Shown one piece after another: positions 28,724-35,065 of a DNA stretch of 35,065 nucleotides (position 1 is the first letter of the stretch; every line of letters starts with the position of its first letter). This DNA is from Paenibacillaceae bacterium (lineage in GTDB: Bacteria > Bacillota > Bacilli > Paenibacillales > UBA4045): NCBI GenBank assembly GCA_040904605.1, contig JBBDTA010000079.1:1-35065 (forward strand). Direction: 5' to 3'. Position numbers and translations under genes: made by a program. Under the pieces are notes generated by a model. The model saw only the letters and a program-made list of their open reading frames with translations. It was not told the DNA's origin and searched no databases.

Positions 28724-29161
28724 ATGAAATTTCGATTTCCTCTACAGAAAATCGTTGATTTGAAAGGCAATGAAAAAACACAAGCTGAGTGGCTATTATC
28801 TCAAGCACTTAGTAAGCTTAGAGATGAGGAGCAATTTCTTCTGGAGCTGAACGACGAAATAGCAAGGCAGCATGAACAGCTAAGCCGTAGTTCGGAAACG
28901 CCCACTCCAATTGTCGATATTCAATTTATCCAAGGTTATATTACTCATTTGGAAAAACAGATTGAACGCAAGCAAGCTGAGGTTCAAGACGCACGAGTAA
29001 ACGTGCAAGGCAAACAGTCCTTGCTGATGGATCGATCTGTTGATGAGAAGGTTTGGATTAAAGTTAGGGAAAAAGCATTAAATCTGTTTACAGCAACCTC
29101 ATTGAAAAAGGATCAACAGGAAATGGATGAGATGGCGTCAAGTAGACACTGGACCAAATGA
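28724..29161 (+). CDS. fliJ: Flagellar export protein FliJ
   Basis: FRFPLQKIVDLK start, coiled coil and DQQEMDE end; follows fliI. Confidence 0.93.
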   Translation: MKFRFPLQKIVDLKGNEKTQAEWLLSQALSKLRDEEQFLLELNDEIARQHEQLSRSSETPTPIVDIQFIQGYITHLEKQIERKQAEVQDARVNVQGKQSLLMDRSVDEKVWIKVREKALNLFTATSLKKDQQEMDEMASSRHWTK

Positions 29162-29206
29162 ATAGTGCAGGATTTATAAAGTTGAATATAGAGAGGGGAG
29201 ATAGCA

Positions 29207-30109
29207 ATGGACAATGACTTGGAAAAATCATCTTATGGCAGATTAGAGAGATTTATATATATTATATTACTTCCTGTATTGTTCGCTGCTATACTTATTG
29301 GTGTTCTTTTTACTCTATTCGATTATGATGTGAAAAATGTTGTATACAGTATTGGAAGGAATATTCCGATAATAAATAATATAGTGCCTAAAGAACAAAG
29401 AACTGATACACAATCAGGCAATCCAGCTAATGAATCAATTCAAATGGATCAGCAAATCAAGGATTTAGCAGCTTCTGCAACGGAAAAAGATAATGAGATA
29501 TTGCAACTTGAGACCGAAATGAAAAATCGTAATGAACAAATTGCCCAACTAGAAGCAAGTGTAGAGAAGCTCATTCTTGAACAGGAATCCATAGCAATGA
29601 ATAGTGAAGAATATCGTAAACAATTAAAGAGCCTAGCCGCTATGTATGCGGGTATGACAACAAGTAAATCTGCACCTATCCTTGAAAATTTAACTATGCC
29701 CGAGCTGGTATTAGTATTATATGAGATGAGCTCAGATGATCAAGGTCGTGTACTGGAGAAGATGAATCCCAAAACTGCAGCCGATGCATCCATTCAATTA
29801 AAAGATGTAAACGAGTTGACCCGTAAGGATTGGGAGGAGCAAGCAAAAATTGCCAGAGATGAACGAACTGCCAAAGATGACCCTGAAGCAACAACGAAAT
29901 TAACAAACGAGGAGTTGGCTCAAACCTTCTCAGCGATGACAGTAGATAGCGCAGCAGAAATTCTGCTTCAGTTGAATAAGACGAATAGCACAAAGGTAGT
30001 CTCATTACTCAATGCGATGGATAATGCCTCCAGATCTAATATTCTTGCGGCAATAGCTGAATTATCCACAGGGGATGCAGCGACACTAGCGAATAAGCTG
30101 GGCAAATGA
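29207..30109 (+). CDS. YlxF/MotE-like flagellar protein (TM, coiled coil, MgtE-N-like helical repeats)
   Basis: N-terminal TM, coiled coil, and the LAAMYAGMTTSKSAPIL and LAQTFSAMTVDSAAEIL repeats; position between fliJ and fliK. Confidence 0.8.
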   Translation: MDNDLEKSSYGRLERFIYIILLPVLFAAILIGVLFTLFDYDVKNVVYSIGRNIPIINNIVPKEQRTDTQSGNPANESIQMDQQIKDLAASATEKDNEILQLETEMKNRNEQIAQLEASVEKLILEQESIAMNSEEYRKQLKSLAAMYAGMTTSKSAPILENLTMPELVLVLYEMSSDDQGRVLEKMNPKTAADASIQLKDVNELTRKDWEEQAKIARDERTAKDDPEATTKLTNEELAQTFSAMTVDSAAEILLQLNKTNSTKVVSLLNAMDNASRSNILAAIAELSTGDAATLANKLGK

Positions 30110-30139
30110 CGCTTCCATACATACTTACAGGGAGAGGAG

Positions 30140-31723
30140 GTGAAAAATATGGATATGCAGAATGTACAAGTTCAAACGCCTTCTTCCAAAACAGCAGCAA
30201 CAACAAGCACCACTAGTGGTACTGTTACTAGCTCCACAAGTGGCGACACGGGATCGGGTACGTTTGTTCAAGCACTGATTAAGGTAATTGAGGGACAAAC
30301 TTCTGGAGAACAAGCTGAGGTTCCAACGGATGCTGCAGCTTCGATGGTCTCGGCTATTCTTCCTTCGACTATCATCAGCCTGATTACCTCACAGCCTACT
30401 ATTGAAGAAATGGAGACAACCATTCAGAATTTACTGAATGTGATTCAATCTCTGGGTACCGAAAAACTACAAAGCTTTATGGAGCAGCCCGAGCTTCAAC
30501 AGTGGTTGACTAAAGCCGAGCAGCTATTGACTCAAGAACAGACTGCCACACTAAAACCAGTTCAATTTCAAGAAATATTGACAACTGCAGCTCAGCAAAC
30601 AGAATTAAAGCCTATTCCTGCAAAAGAGCTCGTAGTTGTATTAAATCGTTATCTGGAACTTCTTGAGAGTAACCCAACAAGTCTTATAGTTCAACAACTG
30701 GGCTCAGAATTGAAGATGTTGACGAGTAAGCTTTCAGAATCGTTCCCTGCTCTTACAGCTGCACCTAGTACTATTATTGAAGCTAGCCTAACAAGTCCTA
30801 TCGTTCAACAAATAGGCTCAGAAGCGAAGATGATGACGACTAAGTTATCGGAGTCGTCCCCTGCTCTTACAGCTGCACCTAGCACTAGTGTTGAAGCTAA
30901 TAAGTTGGAAGGATCGAAAACGGACAAGGCAACCAGTACAAGCTTTAGCAACATTCAACAATCACAGGGCTCATCATCGTCAACTCATACTGGAGATACC
31001 CTGAACCAGCAAGAACCGAAAGGGTCACAATCACAGCTCTTACAACGTTTGGCTTATATTAGCCACAACGTCAAAACTGTAGTTGTTAATCCTAATGTAA
31101 GCAACGTAGTCGAAACACCAGTTATAAGTGAAGTATCAACAATGACAATAGATGCTAGCACTACTCAACAAGAGAATGTCACGTTGACACTTACACAGCT
31201 TTCTGATTCTCAGAAATTAGCTGTCGTAACAGCTAAAGCAGAACCTTCGCTTCATTCAGTTTCTGCTCAAGAGTTTGCTGAAGAGATGACTCGTATTCTA
31301 GTTAAGAACATGAGTATTACTCAATTAAATGGCAGCTCAGAGGCCAAGATATCACTTGTTCCAGAGCATCTCGGACAAGTCGATGTGAGAATTTCTGTAC
31401 TTAACGGTCAAATTACAGCACACTTTATAGCGGAATCTGCACAAGCAAGAGATTTATTAGAATTACAGCTACCACAGTTAAGAGCTTCATTGCAGCAACA
31501 AGGATTACAAGTAGATAAGCTAGAAGTTGATCAGCAGAACAATTTAGGATCCAGCTTGTTCCAAGATCAAAGACAACAGCAGACCTCTCAGCAATTTGCT
31601 CAGAATGGGAAGAAAAACGCCAGAGATTATGATCAATTCGGAGCCGACTTTTCGTTAGAGATGGATCAAGCTGTCCGAGTAAATCGTTTAGCTTATGGTA
31701 ATACTTTCAACGCCACAGCGTAG
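30140..31723 (+). CDS. fliK: Flagellar hook-length control protein FliK
   Basis: S/T/Q-rich N-terminal region and C-terminal AKISLVPEHLGQVDVRI...LPQLRASLQQQGLQVDKLEV; precedes flgD. The start may be ATG 30149. Confidence 0.93.
   Translation: MKNMDMQNVQVQTPSSKTAATTSTTSGTVTSSTSGDTGSGTFVQALIKVIEGQTSGEQAEVPTDAAASMVSAILPSTIISLITSQPTIEEMETTIQNLLNVIQSLGTEKLQSFMEQPELQQWLTKAEQLLTQEQTATLKPVQFQEILTTAAQQTELKPIPAKELVVVLNRYLELLESNPTSLIVQQLGSELKMLTSKLSESFPALTAAPSTIIEASLTSPIVQQIGSEAKMMTTKLSESSPALTAAPSTSVEANKLEGSKTDKATSTSFSNIQQSQGSSSSTHTGDTLNQQEPKGSQSQLLQRLAYISHNVKTVVVNPNVSNVVETPVISEVSTMTIDASTTQQENVTLTLTQLSDSQKLAVVTAKAEPSLHSVSAQEFAEEMTRILVKNMSITQLNGSSEAKISLVPEHLGQVDVRISVLNGQITAHFIAESAQARDLLELQLPQLRASLQQQGLQVDKLEVDQQNNLGSSLFQDQRQQQTSQQFAQNGKKNARDYDQFGADFSLEMDQAVRVNRLAYGNTFNATA
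30677..30898 (+). repeat. In-frame 114-bp (38-aa) tandem duplication inside fliK
   Basis: TSLIVQQLGSELKMLTSKLSESFPALTAAPSTIIEA (from 30677) and TSPIVQQIGSEAKMMTTKLSESSPALTAAPSTSVEA (from 30791). Confidence 0.92.
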
Positions 31724-31739
31724 GAGGGGAGAATAGCAT

Positions 31740-32207
31740 ATGGCGGATTATGTGAAAGGTACAACCAATATATGGCCATATTACTCTGCAGATAATAAAA
31801 GTTCTGCAAAAGCGGGCCAAGAGAATTCGTTAGGAAAAGATGAATTCCTGAAAATTCTAGTAGCTCAGATTAAGAATCAAGATCCAATGAAGCCACTAGA
31901 AGATAAAGAGTTTATTGCTCAGATGGCACAATTCACATCTGTTGAACAGCTGATGAATATGTCCACTGAATTGAAAGAACTGAAGAATTCAATCGGCTTC
32001 ACTGCTACTCTGATAGGTAAATCGATCGAATGGGAGACTACTTCTGTCAATGGATCAGAAGGAATTATTAAGAGTGGAACAGTCGATTCAATATCAATGA
32101 TAAGCGGTGAATCATTCGCAGTTGTTGATGGAGAAGAGATCTTGATCAGCAGGATCCTTGCTGTGAAGAATGAAAGCTCAGCTGTGAGTAATGAAGTCAT
32201 CTCGTGA
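31740..32207 (+). CDS. flgD: Flagellar hook capping protein FlgD
   Basis: LGKDEFLKILVAQIKNQDPMKPL...FIAQMAQFTSVEQ. Confidence 0.96.
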   Translation: MADYVKGTTNIWPYYSADNKSSAKAGQENSLGKDEFLKILVAQIKNQDPMKPLEDKEFIAQMAQFTSVEQLMNMSTELKELKNSIGFTATLIGKSIEWETTSVNGSEGIIKSGTVDSISMISGESFAVVDGEEILISRILAVKNESSAVSNEVIS

Positions 32208-32231
32208 TGATGAGAACGGAGATCATGTACA

Positions 32232-32624
32232 ATGATAGAGCCGATAAGAGCTGGCCAATTATTCCCTCATATTGCTCCGCCAGGACAATTAGGTCGTAAA
32301 TCTACACCTGTTGCACAAGGGCAGTTACCTACCGGACAGAAGTCGTTTCAGAACATTCTCGATGGGACGATGGTTAAATTCAGTAATCACGCTGAAGTTC
32401 GTTTACAGCAACGAGGGATCCGCTTTGGTGTAGAACAGTTGAATAAGCTTGAAACAGCAATTGATAAAGCTGCCGCAAAGGGCTCTAAAGAATCACTCAT
32501 CCTTATTCAAGATGTTGCGTTAATTGTGAACATTAAGAATAGAACAGTGGTTACAGCAATAGAAGGTAATCAAATGAAAGATAATGTATTCACGCAAATC
32601 GATAGCGCAGTAATTATCTCATAA
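32232..32624 (+). CDS. TIGR02530-type flagellar operon protein of unknown function
   Basis: KFSNHAEVRLQQRGI, AAAKGSKESLIL and NRTVVTA...NVFTQIDSAVI; located between flgD and flgE. Confidence 0.85.
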   Translation: MIEPIRAGQLFPHIAPPGQLGRKSTPVAQGQLPTGQKSFQNILDGTMVKFSNHAEVRLQQRGIRFGVEQLNKLETAIDKAAAKGSKESLILIQDVALIVNIKNRTVVTAIEGNQMKDNVFTQIDSAVIIS

Positions 32625-32635
32625 TAACGATATGA

Positions 32636-32685
32636 GAGGCTGGCCCGAGTATGGAAGCCTCAAGCTGTGGACTGACTGAAGCAGC
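32636..32685 (+). ncRNA. Candidate two-hairpin cis-regulatory RNA in the flgE leader
   Basis: GAGGCT/AGCCTC stem (32636-32661) with an internal loop, then a GCTGT/GCAGC stem (32664-32685) closing the loop GGACTGACTGAA. No U tract. Confidence 0.5.
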
Positions 32686-32783
32686 GGATAATAAACAATC
32701 ATTTGGCTTGCGAGCTTTATACTTACGAAGTAGTTTTATCGACCACTAGCGTGATCATCTAATTTTTCAGGAGGAACAAAACC

Positions 32784-33602
32784 ATGTTGAGGTCATTATA
32801 TTCAGGAATATCCGGTATGAGAGGATTTCAAATTAAACTAGATGTAATTGGTAACAATATTGCTAATGTTAATACGATAGGATTCAAAGCTGGTCGAGTT
32901 ATGTTTAAGGATATTCTAAGTCAGACGATGTCTGGTGTTACTGCGCCAGCAGATGGTCGTGGCGGTGCCAACGCTAAACAAGTAGGACTGGGGGTATCTA
33001 TAAGCGCTATTGATACCATTCACACTCCAGGTAGTGCTATGACTACGAATGTGCCAACAGATCTTCGGATTAATGGAGATGGATTCTTCGCTGTTAAGGC
33101 ATCCGCCGATCAAGAAGTCGCCTTCTTAACCAGATCAGGAAATTTCATGTTAGATGCTAGCCGTCAACTCGTTAATGGAGATGGTATGCTGGTAATTAGT
33201 TCAGATGGAGAGCCAATTACATTGGATGAGGAAGTTAAAGCATTCTCCATATCTCAGAGTGGAGAGATCATTGCCGTTAATGCGGATGGTACTTCGGAAG
33301 CATCTGGAGTATTCGTAGGTGTTGTGAAAATTACTAACCCAGCTGGTCTTGAGAAGCTAGGTGGCAATATGTATCAGGTTACACCTAATGCAATGCCTGA
33401 CGGTGAGTTCGAGCTTGGTTTGGCAGATGACATTGAAACCGGAACAGGTTCGATTATCGCTGGACAACTAGAAATGTCTAATGTGGACTTAACGGTTGAA
33501 TTCACGGAAATGATTGTTGCTCAAAGAGGTTTTCAAGCCAATTCGAGAATTATTACAACCTCTGATGAAATTCTACAAGAAGTTGTAAATCTGAAGCGTT
33601 AA
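32784..33602 (+). CDS. flgE: Flagellar hook protein FlgE (short Bacillales type, often auto-annotated FlgG)
   Basis: MLRSLYSGISG...IGNNIANVNTIGFK, GDGFF, TRSGNF and LEMSNVDL...AQRGFQAN; position after flgD. Confidence 0.88.
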   Translation: MLRSLYSGISGMRGFQIKLDVIGNNIANVNTIGFKAGRVMFKDILSQTMSGVTAPADGRGGANAKQVGLGVSISAIDTIHTPGSAMTTNVPTDLRINGDGFFAVKASADQEVAFLTRSGNFMLDASRQLVNGDGMLVISSDGEPITLDEEVKAFSISQSGEIIAVNADGTSEASGVFVGVVKITNPAGLEKLGGNMYQVTPNAMPDGEFELGLADDIETGTGSIIAGQLEMSNVDLTVEFTEMIVAQRGFQANSRIITTSDEILQEVVNLKR

Positions 33603-33623
33603 ACTAAAAGGGATAACATGAGC

Positions 33624-33673
33624 AAGGATCAGAGTTAGATAGAGGAGCTTGTCCGCTCCTCTAGATGATCCTT
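33624..33673 (+). other. Stem-loop after flgE (stabiliser, processing site or weak terminator)
   Basis: TAGAGGAGC-TTGTCC-GCTCCTCTA inner stem and AAGGATCA/TGATCCTT outer stem; no long U tract. Confidence 0.55.
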
Positions 33674-33699
33674 TGTGAATGAGATTGGAGATGAAGCAT

Positions 33700-33927
33700 A
33701 TGATTCGAGTTACTCGACTTAATGGCTCACCCTTTCTTGTGAATGCAATTCTGATCGAGACAATTGAAGAAACACCAGACACAATTATTACACTTACAAC
33801 AGGCAAAAAATTTATGGTTCTCGAAAAGGCGCAAGATGTGGTAATCTTAGTAAAAACATATATGAGTGCTATAGGGTCTGTTCGCTTAGCGATAAAATCA
33901 TATAGTCAGGAAGAACCGGAGGAATGA
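33700..33927 (+). CDS. flbD: FlbD-family flagellar protein (SwrD/YlzI)
   Basis: MIRVTRLNG...[23 protein letters not shown]; ATG 33700 follows GGAG. Confidence 0.92.
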   Translation: MIRVTRLNGSPFLVNAILIETIEETPDTIITLTTGKKFMVLEKAQDVVILVKTYMSAIGSVRLAIKSYSQEEPEE

Positions 33928-33930
33928 CTG

Positions 33931-34401
33931 GTGTTTAAGAAAATGCTGCCATGGGTCATCATGATATTTGTCGTTATTACGCTCATTGTATTTGCTGCAT
34001 TCCTATTATGGAATTACCTGTTTAAAGACTCGAGTGAGGATCCGAGTAAGCAAGCGAAGCAAAGTGTTGAACAGGTAGAAGGGGTTAAGTTGACAGCTTT
34101 AGAAACGAAAGAGCTTTCTGTCGATATGAATGATATTCTGACCAATCTAACTTCTGGTGAATTTGTTAAAATCAGTTTTACTTTTGAGCTTAGTAATGAG
34201 AGTGCTAAAGAAGAGTTTGTATTATTAGATTTTAAGATTAAAGCAATTATTACCCAAACTCTATCTGATTTAACTGTAGAGCAAGCGCAAGGTAGTTCTG
34301 GACTTGACTATATAAGCTCTACACTATTGAATAAGATCAATCAAGTGCTGGATAAAGGGAAAGTCAGACAGGTTAATATTACTAGTAAAGTTCTATCATG
34401 A
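33931..34401 (+). CDS. fliL: Flagellar basal-body-associated protein FliL
   Basis: Single N-terminal TM, ILTNL, and INQVLDKGKVRQVNIT; precedes fliM. Confidence 0.92.
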   Translation: MFKKMLPWVIMIFVVITLIVFAAFLLWNYLFKDSSEDPSKQAKQSVEQVEGVKLTALETKELSVDMNDILTNLTSGEFVKISFTFELSNESAKEEFVLLDFKIKAIITQTLSDLTVEQAQGSSGLDYISSTLLNKINQVLDKGKVRQVNITSKVLS

Positions 34402-34434
34402 TTTCCACCAGGTTCAAATAAAGGGGTGACCCCA

Positions 34435-35065
34435 TTGGTAGATGTATTATCTCAGAATGAGATCGACGCCCTCTTAGCTGCGCTTTCCTCCGGTGAAATG
34501 GATGCGGAAGAGCTAAAGAAAGAGGAAAGCACCAAAAAAGTGCGTTCCTATGATTTTAAGAGAGCTGTACGTTTCTCAAAAGACCATATAAGAAGCTTAA
34601 CTCGTGTGCATGAAAATTTTGCACGGTATTTAACAACGTACTTCTCAGCACAACTCCGGACTTTTGTACAAATAAGCGTTGTCAGTGTTGACCAACTCCC
34701 TTATGATGAGTTTATTCGATCGGTTCCCAAGATGACGATACTGAATGTATTCGAAGCGGAACCACTCGAAGGTCGAATGGTACTGGAGGTTCACCCTAAT
34801 GTCGCCTATGCGATGTTAGATCGATTGCTTGGTGGAATAGGTACGTCACCAGCTAAGATTAATAGTCTGACTGAAATTGAGACCGTCGTTATGGAACGGA
34901 TTTTCAGTCGAACCTTCGAGAGCTTCCAAGAAGCTTGGAAATCCGTAGTTGATTTAACTCCGCAATTAGTAGCATTAGAAACAAACCCGCAATTTTTGCA
35001 GCTTGTTTCTCCGAATGAAACGATTGCATTAATATCGATGAGTACCAAAATTGGTGAAACAACAG
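34435..35065 (+). CDS. fliM: Flagellar motor switch protein FliM (truncated by the window end; absent from the ORF track)
   Basis: Manual translation from TTG 34435 gives MVDVLSQNEIDALL (CheY-P-binding peptide)...YDFKRAVRFSKDHIRSL...HENFAR; the frame is open to the end. Confidence 0.96.
   Translation, partial: MVDVLSQNEIDALLAALSSGEMDAEELKKEESTKKVRSYDFKRAVRFSKDHIRSLTRVHENFARYLTTYFSAQLRTFVQISVVSVDQLPYDEFIRSVPKMTILNVFEAEPLEGRMVLEVHPNVAYAMLDRLLGGIGTSPAKINSLTEIETVVMERIFSRTFESFQEAWKSVVDLTPQLVALETNPQFLQLVSPNETIALISMSTKIGETT

Noticed and set aside
32636-32700. c-di-GMP-I or c-di-GMP-II riboswitch upstream of flgE
   Set aside because: I cannot find the GEMM features (GGCAAAC, GNRA tetraloop/receptor, CGCAAAGC) or the class II pseudoknot pattern. 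Kept only as an unassigned structured leader.
408-35048. Short opposite-strand or alternate-frame ORFs in the track (e.g. 408-638, 6310-6732, 7114-7374, 15070-15531, 20437-20988, 27521-28036, 34806-35048)
   Set aside because: All overlap well-supported genes, lack recognisable motifs, and are expected shadow ORFs; 7114-7374 merely mirrors the repeat tract.

Overview
Core-chromosome segment of a motile, endospore-former-type Firmicute. Gene order and protein sequences suggest Paenibacillaceae (inference). Gene order: rpsP-khpA-rimM-trmD-(ThiF/MoeB-like)-rplS-lepB-rbgA-rnhB, then a FliK-like gene, a FlhB C-terminal-like gene, yraN and a Gfo/Idh/MocA oxidoreductase. comM/YifB is on the minus strand. 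Next come sucCD-dprA-topA-trmFO-xerC-hslV-hslU-codY and the 5' half of the fla/che operon (flgB flgC fliE fliF fliG fliH fliI fliJ ylxF fliK flgD, a TIGR02530-type gene, flgE, swrD/flbD, fliL, and fliM truncated by the window end). I see no prophage, CRISPR array, tRNA or rRNA. The coding content is mostly ordinary and the unexplained signal is largely intergenic. (1) A two-hairpin RNA-like element lies between the TIGR02530-type gene, whose product has a BECR/DUF4258-like HAxxRxxxRxI motif, and the hook gene flgE. (2) A family of modular palindromic elements with G-U and compensatory changes sits directly before the ribosome-binding sites of sucC, fliG and flgE, with relatives before rpsP and rimM. 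(3) A 128-bp MITE has terminal inverted repeats and a 5-bp target duplication. (4) A hairpin sequesters the RBS in the comM leader. (5) A tandem CodY box lies before the cod operon, whose CodY has a degenerate branched-chain amino-acid pocket. (6) A SigH-like promoter and Spo0A boxes lie ahead of flgB. (7) Both FliK-type ruler proteins carry internal duplications. All homology statements are from motif recognition and recall, not from database searches.
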